Shown in pieces: positions 17,519 to 25,522 of a stretch of DNA of 25,522 nucleotides. Made by a program: the position numbers and the translations under genes. Every line of letters begins with the position of its first letter. Position 1 is the first letter of the stretch. The notes below the pieces were generated by a model. That model was not told the origin of the DNA and did not search any database. It worked only from the letters and a program-made list of their open reading frames with translations. The stretch comes from a virus (taxonomy: Duplodnaviria; Caudoviricetes): positions 1-25,522 of the IMG/VR virus record IMGVR_UViG_3300047560_000136; one strand, 5' to 3'.

Positions 17519-17863
17519 TTAAACCTTTGTCGTAGGATCGGATCGGTAACACATTAAGGTTACTGACATACGATCATTGGATTCTAAACAGTCTGTAATA
17601 CGCCAATCTTTATTTCGCCATGTAATCGAATATAAGTTTTGATTATCCACAATGTCTTTTAGCCAAGGCGTATAGTTCATAGTGAATTGAATCAAATCTT
17701 GATATATACGATATCTTTCCGTAATAGCAAGCGAATTTTTTACATCTGACACTAAAGGTCTAGTTGTAAATTTTTTAGTTATTGTGGTTGTATATTCACC
17801 ATATTCGTTAGTGCCGAATGTTAGCGTATTAACATCCACATTTTCATAGCGTTTAATAGCCAT
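17519..17863 (-). CDS. Head closure (head-tail joining) protein
   Basis: 114 aa with GTNEYGEY, ITWRNKDWRITD and VTLMC, the SPP1 gp16/lambda FII-like layout. Consistent synteny. Confidence 0.75.
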   Translation of the reverse strand: MAIKRYENVDVNTLTFGTNEYGEYTTTITKKFTTRPLVSDVKNSLAITERYRIYQDLIQFTMNYTPWLKDIVDNQNLYSITWRNKDWRITDCLESNDRMSVTLMCYRSDPTTKV

Positions 17864-18529
17864 TTACATTACCAATGGTTTATATGGTCTTAATAAAGCA
17901 TCTACGCCATAAGGAATGTTGTGCAATACACCCATAGTTGTTTCTGCACGATTATTATATAAATGTGTAAATAACAATAATCCAGCCTGTTTAATGACTG
18001 GGTAAGCTTGTAAGAAGTTAGCATTTTGGGTGTATTCAACAACCAAAGGACTTGTTCTAGTCATGCTTACATTGCTAGGCATTCCGGCTGGTAAAATTAC
18101 TTTATTGCCAGTTGTATCGTAATAGTAATCTGTAGGTGCTACAGTAACTAAAACGCTTGGGCTATTTCCGGTGTAATATGCGACTTTATTAATGGTAACT
18201 CCACCTGAATTGAAGCTATCTTTATAAGATACTTCAGGCAAATCCAATGCAATTGGGCTTGCGTATAAAGATGAAACGCCATAATAAACACGATATGAAG
18301 TAGGGAAAATAGACATACCAAGATAATCTTCTATATGCATTCTTACCGCTAATTCTAAACTTTCTAAATAAGCATCTTGCGATTCATCACCAAACAAATT
18401 TAATTGATTAGTAATTTCATCAAGCGTTAGCCAATTAGTCGTTAAATCGCGCGCAATCTGTTCTACTTTATCGTAATTAAAAGGATTGCGTGTTTCCGCA
18501 TAAGGAACTTGTCCAAGCGTATCAGCCAT
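17864..18529 (-). CDS. Head-tail connector/adaptor (HK97 gp6-like)
   Basis: LTLDEI..QL...D..QDAYL..L..A....IEDYLG and IKQAGLLL..HLYNNR...IPYGVDALLRPYK. Confidence 0.9.
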   Translation of the reverse strand: MADTLGQVPYAETRNPFNYDKVEQIARDLTTNWLTLDEITNQLNLFGDESQDAYLESLELAVRMHIEDYLGMSIFPTSYRVYYGVSSLYASPIALDLPEVSYKDSFNSGGVTINKVAYYTGNSPSVLVTVAPTDYYYDTTGNKVILPAGMPSNVSMTRTSPLVVEYTQNANFLQAYPVIKQAGLLLFTHLYNNRAETTMGVLHNIPYGVDALLRPYKPLVM

Positions 18530-18531
18530 TA

Positions 18532-19584
18532 TTATGCCCCTATCATATAAACGCCAGCAAACGGATTACGAACTGTTGAAGCTAATCGTTTTTCACCATA
18601 TAGCGTTACAAAGCCCGGTTTTGTTTGTTCATAGCGTTTAATTGTCATTTCTTCATCGTCTGCAATAGTTAAGAATTCATCCCAATCAGCAAGCACGCCC
18701 ATTAAAGCATTTGTAGCTGGTGCGGCAAGATATGGATTAGGAATAACAGGAATTCCAAAAATATGCGTTACTGCACCGCCATCACCATCACCTACTTCAA
18801 ATAACAATGGTAATCCGCCAGTAGCGGTCATTGATCTGAATTTAGCGATTAATCCGGGATGCATATGCCATGCAGTATTTGGTCTATACCAATATTGCGG
18901 TGGCAATTTATTAATTGTATTTACTAAATCATCATAAGTTGGTGAAGATGCGCTAATAGATTCATAAACAACTGTATGAATACCATTAGTAATTGCAGTT
19001 CCACTTGTGCCGTATGATGCAGTAGAAGTGTTAATTAAGTAAGTGTTTAAACCTCTTAAACCATCAGTTCCACCAGTTGATGTTGTTGTTGAACCAGCTT
19101 GGTCATTATTTAAAGCCATTGATGCGGCTTCTAATTGACTAAATTCAAGCATTAAATCTTTAACGATTGTTTGATCAAGATTATTAATATCTGATAAAAC
19201 TGCCGTTCTAATTGGTAATTGTGCTGAAATAACTCTTGTTGGTAATTGCCAAAATGAAGTAGCAATATTTGGGCTACCACTATCAGGAACTACAGTATAA
19301 GTCCAAGGGTTTGTTGAATTAGCCGCATTACCAGTTTTCGCTACAAATTGTGTTGCAGAACCGCCTGATTTGATTTGACGACTTCCAATTCTGAAAGGAT
19401 TTTCATATCGCAAAGCCGCAAAAGCGTCATCAAAGTATGTTCTACCACCAATATTTAAGCCTGAACCAGTAAGCGCTGAAGCTTCATTAACATCTTGGGC
19501 TTTTTCTTCAAGCAGATTAACTTTAGATTCGCCTTCAGTTAGCGCTTGCTTAATGCCATTTAAAATTCTTTCAGATGTATTCAT
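18532..19584 (-). CDS. Second HK97-fold capsid protein (paralogue with short N-terminal leader)
   Basis: Collinear similarity to 19654..21042 (EASALTGSG..GGRT, F.AKTGNA, WQL.....AQ.PIRTA.L.DI, MLEFSQ.EA.SM..NNDQ, LP.QYW, RY.QT.PG..T.YGEKRLA..V..PF). Has its own RBS (TAGGA). Confidence 0.85.
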   Translation of the reverse strand: MNTSERILNGIKQALTEGESKVNLLEEKAQDVNEASALTGSGLNIGGRTYFDDAFAALRYENPFRIGSRQIKSGGSATQFVAKTGNAANSTNPWTYTVVPDSGSPNIATSFWQLPTRVISAQLPIRTAVLSDINNLDQTIVKDLMLEFSQLEAASMALNNDQAGSTTTSTGGTDGLRGLNTYLINTSTASYGTSGTAITNGIHTVVYESISASSPTYDDLVNTINKLPPQYWYRPNTAWHMHPGLIAKFRSMTATGGLPLLFEVGDGDGGAVTHIFGIPVIPNPYLAAPATNALMGVLADWDEFLTIADDEEMTIKRYEQTKPGFVTLYGEKRLASTVRNPFAGVYMIGA

Positions 19585-19606
19585 AATTCTTTCCTAATTG
19601 ATTAAG

Positions 19607-19635
19607 AAAAAAGGGTGGCGGTAAAACCACCCTTT
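19607..19635 (-). terminator. Intrinsic (rho-independent) terminator after the major capsid gene
   Basis: Minus strand AAAGGGTGG-TTTTACCG-CCACCC-TTTTTT: GC-rich stem (19613-19618 with 19627-19632) followed by six U. Confidence 0.8.
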
Positions 19636-19653
19636 CCCCACATTGCATTACTA

Positions 19654-21042
19654 CTAGCTTGCGTAGAATGTTGAACGATATCTAACGATGCTGAAAGGAT
19701 CAACAACAGATGTTGCTAAACGCTTTTCACCATAGAATGTGATATAGCCCGGTAATGTTTGATCATAACGGCGTAGAACCATATTTAAACGATCCACGAT
19801 TGTATGACCACGATTCCAATCACCAAAGTAAATTGGGTATTGGCTTGTATCTACATCAGGTGAAGGTGTAGCAGTAATAAGCGGATTATCTACATACTTA
19901 TTAACTACAACATCAAAACCAAGTAGTGTGCCAACAATACCATCTTCGCGTGCTAAACCATCGATGTAAATTGGGCGACCATTTGTGTCTGTAAGACCAC
20001 GGATTGCCGCTAACATTAATGGATTAATAACGAATTTAGCAGTTGGTGTCCAATATTGTTGTGGTAAAGCGTAGATTAAATTCACAATGTCTTTATATTG
20101 AACATTGTTGAATAAACCAATACCATTACCAGCACCAGTTGCATCAGAACCATTAGGAATTAATTGGTCATAAGTAGCGATTGTGTGTAAGCCATTTGAT
20201 GAACCAGTTCCTGATGTGCCGAATGCCGCAGTTGTTGTTTGACCGCCGCTATAAGAAGCCGCCGCACCAGCATATTGATTTAAACCGCGTAAGCCGTTTG
20301 AACCGCCATATGGTGTTGAATTGCTTGATGAAACTTGATCATTGTTTTGAATCATTGATAAAGCTTCTTGTTGGCTGAACTCTAAAAGCATATCAGCAAC
20401 AACATTTGATTCAAGACCATCGATATCGTCTAGTGCCGCAGTTCTGATTGGGAACTGTGCATTTAAGTCTTGAAGTGTTAATTGCCAAATGTTTGTGCTT
20501 TCAGATGTTGGATTTGGATGTGGTGCATCTGTGTTGTTATTGATTGCATAACCCCACCATGCGCCAGCATTACCAGTTTTTGCACGAAATTGGTAAACAG
20601 AACCATCTGTTGCAACTGATCTTGAAACACCGCGTAATGGGTTAGCAAGTCTTAATGCAAAGAATACTGGATCATAAGCAGTTCTACCACCAACGCCAGC
20701 GCCTGAACCAGTTAATGCTGAAGCTTCTTTAATGTAAGCATCATATTGACCAGCATCTTCGAACATTTTAAGTTCTTTTTCAAAGCGTGAACCTGATTTA
20801 ACGAATTCAGCTAATTGTGATTTAACTGCACGATTCACTTCTTGGCTGATAGTTTTGTAAGTTTTGATTACTGGTGTAGCTTCTTTAACTGAAGCAACTT
20901 TAGCTTCAAGTGCCGCTACTTTTTCATCGAATGAAGCTACTGTTTCAGCAAGTTTAGCATCAACTGAAGCAGTTACTTCTTCAACTTTTGCTAAATTAGC
21001 CGCTTCAATAGCATCTAATTTTTCAATAATTTTGTCTGACAT
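19654..21042 (-). CDS. Major capsid protein, HK97 family, with ~105-aa coiled-coil delta (scaffold) domain
   Basis: Follows the protease. Heptad-rich N-terminus, FVINP..LAAIRGLTDTNGRPIY...GTLLGFDVVV and IYFGDW. Strong RBS. Ends with TAG TAG TAA. Confidence 0.93.
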   Translation of the reverse strand: MSDKIIEKLDAIEAANLAKVEEVTASVDAKLAETVASFDEKVAALEAKVASVKEATPVIKTYKTISQEVNRAVKSQLAEFVKSGSRFEKELKMFEDAGQYDAYIKEASALTGSGAGVGGRTAYDPVFFALRLANPLRGVSRSVATDGSVYQFRAKTGNAGAWWGYAINNNTDAPHPNPTSESTNIWQLTLQDLNAQFPIRTAALDDIDGLESNVVADMLLEFSQQEALSMIQNNDQVSSSNSTPYGGSNGLRGLNQYAGAAASYSGGQTTTAAFGTSGTGSSNGLHTIATYDQLIPNGSDATGAGNGIGLFNNVQYKDIVNLIYALPQQYWTPTAKFVINPLMLAAIRGLTDTNGRPIYIDGLAREDGIVGTLLGFDVVVNKYVDNPLITATPSPDVDTSQYPIYFGDWNRGHTIVDRLNMVLRRYDQTLPGYITFYGEKRLATSVVDPFSIVRYRSTFYAS

Positions 21043-21045
21043 GAT

Positions 21046-21855
21046 TTATCCTTTTAGATAATTGTTAAGTTGTTTAAGAAGGTCGCGTTCTTCCATTGCT
21101 TTCAGAATTTGATCTTCTTCATTTACCACCGCATCGGATTCACTCTGAATAGGGGCTTTTTCATCCACGATTTCAGTTGCATCACGCACTTCTAAAATCT
21201 GTTTGAAAATTGAAGACGCGGTGGTCGCATCTTTTCGGGAAAGTTTTGCATCACGCAACGCTTTTTCGATTAGTTTTAAATCTAGTGTTCCATCTTCACG
21301 GAAACAAGATTCTAATTTCGAAATATTGCATTCTAGGTTATTAGGATTCATTACAATTGAAACTTCACGCAATCCGCCTTTAGTAATTTGGAAATATGCT
21401 TCATCGGAATCATCATCCGCACCATCAGCATCAACCATTTTATATTCGTCAGCATAAGCGCCAACAGAAACACCGCCAACCATTGCTGGGCTTTCTTTCA
21501 TAATTGTATAAAGGTCTTTACCAGCAGTTGTATTTGTAAATAATCTGCCTTTAGCATTCATGCCTTTATCTGTAAATTCAAATTCTTGCCATTCGCCAAC
21601 AGGCATATTCATATCATTGTGTTGAAAGAACATTGGTAATGGTTTGCCTGATTTAGCAAATTCATCAGCCCATTGTGCAAAACCTTCAGGCTTATAATTG
21701 AATCTACGACCATCAGCGCCTTCGCGTGCACCCCATGTTGTTACTGTAGCTTCAATTTCGCCACTTGCGTCTGAAGATTCATCAGCTTTAACGCCTAGCG
21801 CTACTTTAGATTCGAAAAAAAACTTTTCGAAATTGGATTTATTAATTTCAGTCAT
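21046..21855 (-). CDS. Prohead maturation protease (HK97 family, peptidase S78-like)
   Basis: PMFFQHND...PVGEW, GMNAKGRL, GGVSVG (catalytic Ser context), LREVSIVMNPNN. Lies between portal and capsid. Confidence 0.9.
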   Translation of the reverse strand: MTEINKSNFEKFFFESKVALGVKADESSDASGEIEATVTTWGAREGADGRRFNYKPEGFAQWADEFAKSGKPLPMFFQHNDMNMPVGEWQEFEFTDKGMNAKGRLFTNTTAGKDLYTIMKESPAMVGGVSVGAYADEYKMVDADGADDDSDEAYFQITKGGLREVSIVMNPNNLECNISKLESCFREDGTLDLKLIEKALRDAKLSRKDATTASSIFKQILEVRDATEIVDEKAPIQSESDAVVNEEDQILKAMEERDLLKQLNNYLKG

Positions 21856-21958
21856 TGATTGGCACTCCCTTATTTTTCATTCCGTTAGTTTCAACCGGTT
21901 GCGGTTTGCGCTTTTTAGCCGATTGGGTTAATTTATCTAATAATTCTTTTAGTGTCAT
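21848..21958 (-). CDS. Unannotated 36-aa basic microprotein (MTLKELLDKLTQSAKKRKPQPVETNGMKNKGVPIND)
   Basis: ATG at 21958 overlaps the portal TAA (TAATG). Its TGA at 21848-21850 overlaps the protease start (ATGACTGA). It fills the gap exactly. Confidence 0.6.
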   Translation of the reverse strand: MTLKELLDKLTQSAKKRKPQPVETNGMKNKGVPIND

Positions 21959-23367
21959 TAGGCTTTACCCGCTTGACCGGTTCGACCAATAGTAGATTTA
22001 TTGCCACCGCCACCGGTATCTTGCGGTGAAGTGCCACTAATAGTTGAAGTTGGCTTGTTTGTGTCTTTTAATTCGTCTGCATTATCTAGGTTTTCTTTAC
22101 CTAAATATTCGCGTGCTTCATTAGGTGTAATTATACCAGCATTTACACCGGCTACTGCGTAATTCATTTGATCTAATGGTGCGCCTTTAAGAAAATCTTG
22201 TGTTTGGAATTCAATACAAAGATTTGGATAGCCAGCCAATAATGAAGTTTTAAATTTTTGTTGAATGTTAGTAATTAAAGGTAACATTGTTGATTTGTAG
22301 AATTCATCTAACATTGTTTGCGTGTTATTGTATTTCTGATCTTGGATTCCAATCATTGCTGGTGGAACGCCAAATAAACCACAAATACGCTTCATAGTTT
22401 GTTCTTTAAGTTTTGCCGCATCAGCATCTTGAAGTGTAAGCATATCTAATGGTTGATATTTCATTCCATTATCAAGCAACATACCTTGACCGGGTTTAGA
22501 TAAATCAGTTGATTTAGAACCAGTTAATGATGACCATGCTTCTTTTAATCTTGCCGCTACTTCTTTAAATTTAGCGTCAGGAATAACTTGATCTGTAACA
22601 AACATTCCGCTTGGTTTAGCGCCATTAAGCATAATGAAATTAGCATATAAATCAATATCTTGATCTAATGATACTAATTCAGTTGCTAAAATACCTTTAT
22701 TGAAACCAGCAGAACCTTGCCATGCCATTTCTGAAGCATGAATAACTTGGAAATATTCTAATGGTTCATCCTTGTTAAATCCGTATGTCGATGTAGATAA
22801 GCGATAGGTCGGATATCTAGTCGGTGTTATTTGTGCGGTTATTAAGGTTGAATCCAAAAGATACATTTCCATAGGTGTAAGCGTAGGATTGGATTGATCC
22901 TTGCGCCATAAAGCAGTAAATGTTTCGCCTGATAGGTCATACCACATTGACCATTGATACCAAAATTCATATGCAGATTGATAGTTATTAGGATTATTTA
23001 ATAAGCCATAAACTGCTTTTGCTTTAGCTTTATCGCGTGCTGAAACACCTGAATTGGTTACTGCATCGACTAATTTACCATTATCATCATAAGCCATGAT
23101 TTTGATAGGTAATTGTGCTAATGCGCGTGCTTTTGCATTGACGCAAGCCATAACTGTTGAATTACGGCTTAATACTGACATATCTACAACACGACCGGCA
23201 GTATTGACGGATGATGTAGTTACATATAATAATTGATTAGAAGATTGAACACCTTGTGCTTTAACATTGCGTAAAATGTTATTACCAAGTGCAGTTTGAC
23301 CAAAAAGGGTATTACTTTCAGAAGCGTTTGGGTTTGATTTTCTTTTGAATATGTCTAATATAGCCAT
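21958..23367 (-). CDS. Portal protein, HK97 family
   Basis: VMACVNAKARALAQLP, LLNNPNNYQSAYEFW, NGAKPSG, LDNGMKYQPL, ICGLFGVPPAMIG, GIITPNEAREYLG. Confidence 0.95.
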   Translation of the reverse strand: MAILDIFKRKSNPNASESNTLFGQTALGNNILRNVKAQGVQSSNQLLYVTTSSVNTAGRVVDMSVLSRNSTVMACVNAKARALAQLPIKIMAYDDNGKLVDAVTNSGVSARDKAKAKAVYGLLNNPNNYQSAYEFWYQWSMWYDLSGETFTALWRKDQSNPTLTPMEMYLLDSTLITAQITPTRYPTYRLSTSTYGFNKDEPLEYFQVIHASEMAWQGSAGFNKGILATELVSLDQDIDLYANFIMLNGAKPSGMFVTDQVIPDAKFKEVAARLKEAWSSLTGSKSTDLSKPGQGMLLDNGMKYQPLDMLTLQDADAAKLKEQTMKRICGLFGVPPAMIGIQDQKYNNTQTMLDEFYKSTMLPLITNIQQKFKTSLLAGYPNLCIEFQTQDFLKGAPLDQMNYAVAGVNAGIITPNEAREYLGKENLDNADELKDTNKPTSTISGTSPQDTGGGGNKSTIGRTGQAGKA

Positions 23368-23376
23368 GTTTTTCCT

Positions 23377-25035
23377 TTAAATACTTCTGAAGCCAAATGA
23401 AGTAGATACTAATGGATGATCTAACGAACAATGCATCGCGATAATAAGGGCGATTATACCATCAACCTTGGCTGATTTGTCAGCTTCATTCTTACGAATC
23501 TTAATATTTCCATTTACATCTTCATAAACTTCACAATTGCCTAATTGCCATCCTAGGAATGGATTGCCATTGTGTTTTATTTGATGTTGCATAATAAGTT
23601 TTTCAGTATGCTTGGAAGGATTACTTAAAACTGCCATTCCTTGCCCAACTTTTTTGACTGGGATACTATAATCATGCAACCTTGCAATTAAAGATGCGGC
23701 ATTATAAGCATCATACCCTACTTCTTTGACATTATAAAGTGTCGCTTGTTGTTTGATGTATTCAGATATTTCACGATCATCCATTACATTGCCTTCAGTA
23801 ATATGCAATATGCCGGATTGAACTGCTTGATCAAATATGCCACGATAATGTGTAGGAACTAAATTTAAAGCTTCTTCAGGTAAAAAGAATTTAAATTCTG
23901 CAAAGTAATTTTCATTTGAATAACGCTTTAAAGTGCAAACTGCATTTAAGTCGCGTGTTGCCGCCAAGTCAAATCCAATAAATACTTCTTCCGGATCGCC
24001 TTGATCTTCACCTACAGATTTATCCCAATAATCGCGATCAATCCATGCGGTGTTAGCAGATACATAAACATTAAGTGTCTTACATAAAAATTCATTTAAC
24101 GCGGCTGGTTTTAATTTAGCTTGTTCGCATCGTTCTTTAATTGCTTCTTGATAAACAGATATGCCATGCATAGGATTTGCTTTAGCCCAAGTTTCTTCAT
24201 CACGCCAATTATCTTGCGGATCAAGTCCATATAACAAACCAAACCAATGCGGATTATCAGGCGCATCACCATTAAGCATAGATTCAAATGCTGATAAGTC
24301 TTCAAAGAACTTTGTGTCTTTAGTAAATGATGCGGTAGTAATATAAATTCTTAAAGGATTCTTTCGGGCGACCATGCCTGAAAATATAACTTCAATAGAA
24401 TTACGATCAACAATCTGTGCGGCTTCATCTATGATCGCGCAAGATGCATTTTTACCATCGCCTGACTTTTTGTTATCACGGGATAAAGCTTTAAATATAG
24501 TTTGGCTATCATTAGCCTTTCCTATTTCATATTTGCTGATTCGATACCAAGCTTTCATTTCTTCCGGCATAGATTCAATCATAGATCGTGCGGCATCAAA
24601 TACAATAGATGCTTGTTCGCGATTGGTAGCCAAAGTAAAGACTTCAGCGCCAGCTTCATTGAATAATAATTCATATAAACCAAGAACCGCAGTTAATGTA
24701 GATTTACCAGCTTTTCTAGGAATGAATACAATGACATCGGTGGTCATTCGTTTAGTATGATCTTTTTTGTGTCTAAATCCGTAAATAGCACAAATAAGCA
24801 AAACTTGGAAAGGTTCAAGGACTATTGGCTTTCCAGCATCAGGTCCTTTAGTATGTTGAAGTGTTGCTACAAAATCTAAAACATGATCTACATATTCCGG
24901 GAAGAATTCATATTCCCAATGCTTGTCTTCCATAAAATTTAGGAATCGTTGGCAAGCTAATTTTATATTATTACAAACTTCAATATTGCCTTTAGTAACA
25001 TCTTGGGCATATTGAACACCAGCTAAATAACTCAT
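23377..25035 (-). CDS. terL: Terminase large subunit
   Basis: LEPFQ, Walker A IPRKAGKST, Walker B AIIDEAA, coupling motif ITTAS, nuclease GFDLAATRDL and KVDGIIALIIA. Confidence 0.96.
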   Translation of the reverse strand: MSYLAGVQYAQDVTKGNIEVCNNIKLACQRFLNFMEDKHWEYEFFPEYVDHVLDFVATLQHTKGPDAGKPIVLEPFQVLLICAIYGFRHKKDHTKRMTTDVIVFIPRKAGKSTLTAVLGLYELLFNEAGAEVFTLATNREQASIVFDAARSMIESMPEEMKAWYRISKYEIGKANDSQTIFKALSRDNKKSGDGKNASCAIIDEAAQIVDRNSIEVIFSGMVARKNPLRIYITTASFTKDTKFFEDLSAFESMLNGDAPDNPHWFGLLYGLDPQDNWRDEETWAKANPMHGISVYQEAIKERCEQAKLKPAALNEFLCKTLNVYVSANTAWIDRDYWDKSVGEDQGDPEEVFIGFDLAATRDLNAVCTLKRYSNENYFAEFKFFLPEEALNLVPTHYRGIFDQAVQSGILHITEGNVMDDREISEYIKQQATLYNVKEVGYDAYNAASLIARLHDYSIPVKKVGQGMAVLSNPSKHTEKLIMQHQIKHNGNPFLGWQLGNCEVYEDVNGNIKIRKNEADKSAKVDGIIALIIAMHCSLDHPLVSTSFGFRSI

Positions 25036-25505
25036 CGTTTAACTTGTGGTCCTAACATTAATTTTCCGATTGTAGTATTAGAAGTGATATTGGTTTTACC
25101 AAGTCTGCCTTTAGGTGTTAATCCTAATTCGTTCATTAAAGCTATGATAAGTTTTAAAGCTTCTTTACGAATTGCAACATAAGGTGATGGTCCTGTAGTT
25201 TTGCCGTCATTGTAATAAGTAACTAAACCTTCAGTCGCAATGTGGCGATTACAATCTACATAAGTATCTATTTGGTCTGCAAGCATAGTTAAGGTGTGGC
25301 GTTCTTGATCTGAACCTATGCCATAAACATTGTAAAGAAACTCTGAAGTTTCATTGTAAAACCTTTTTTTATTCCACGCTTCAGGATTGTCCATCCACTC
25401 GGATTCGGGAATGCGTTCACGCACATTTGATGGCAAGGGAATTCCCATGTTTTCCCCTTTTGTGCCTTTGATGATGTGAAGTTCAGGTGGAAGCTTGGCA
25501 GTCAT
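25032..25505 (-). CDS. terS: Terminase small subunit (P27-like family)
   Basis: PPELHIIKGT N-terminus, SPYVAI, ELGLTPKGR. ATGA overlap with terL. The ATG at 25505 has AAGGGGG upstream, so it is preferred over the GTG at 25514. Confidence 0.9.
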   Translation of the reverse strand: MTAKLPPELHIIKGTKGENMGIPLPSNVRERIPESEWMDNPEAWNKKRFYNETSEFLYNVYGIGSDQERHTLTMLADQIDTYVDCNRHIATEGLVTYYNDGKTTGPSPYVAIRKEALKLIIALMNELGLTPKGRLGKTNITSNTTIGKLMLGPQVKR

Positions 25506-25522
25506 CAGATACACCCCCCCTT

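Noticed and set aside
19585-19656. Read-through or frameshift fusion of the two capsid genes (a GGGGAAA run lies in the gap)
   Set aside because: Four in-frame stops and a terminator intervene, and the slippery-looking run lies after the stops.
10366-24760. Remaining short overlapping ORFs in the track (e.g. 10366..10560, 13186..13374, 14410..14685, 15688..15888, 16038..16331, 16560..16757, 16588..16770, 20181..20378, 20864..21061, 21203..21457, 21698..21931, 24111..24305, 24161..24346, 24374..24760)
   Set aside because: They lie inside or across well-supported structural genes on another frame or strand and have no recognisable motifs.
13223-25505. Gene transfer agent or phage satellite instead of a phage
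   Set aside because: The full head-tail module with P27-like terS and multiple fibres, and no host or satellite genes in view, fits an ordinary siphovirus. Lifestyle cannot be determined from this window.

Overview
The window is an AT-rich, uninterrupted minus-strand late operon of an HK97/lambda-like siphovirus (tailed phage). In transcription order (right to left) it encodes small and large terminase, portal, an unannotated 36-codon ORF and an HK97-type prohead protease. Next come two tandem HK97-fold capsid paralogues separated by an intrinsic terminator, then head-tail adaptor, head closure, tail terminator, tail tube protein, a 75-aa unknown and an HK97 gp10-like protein. The tail assembly chaperone pair follows, with an in-frame TAA in the first gene and a -1 frame overlap into the second. 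After it come the tape measure, distal-tail/hub proteins, a degenerate GNAT-like protein and an 1100-aa tail tip protein. The left part holds two paralogous glycine-rich fibre proteins with a small partner, a putative adaptor, and a 793-aa (Gly-X-Ser)n collagen-like fibre directly followed by a SAM methyltransferase, a GT2 glycosyltransferase and a split GT9-like glycosyltransferase. The most notable points are a candidate phage-encoded fibre glycosylation system, the dual capsid with a shared processing-site motif, and a strong depletion of GAG/CTC and of several restriction-type motifs. No integrase, lysis, replication, tRNA, CRISPR or reverse transcriptase genes are visible. All product calls rest on motif recognition and synteny; no searches were run.
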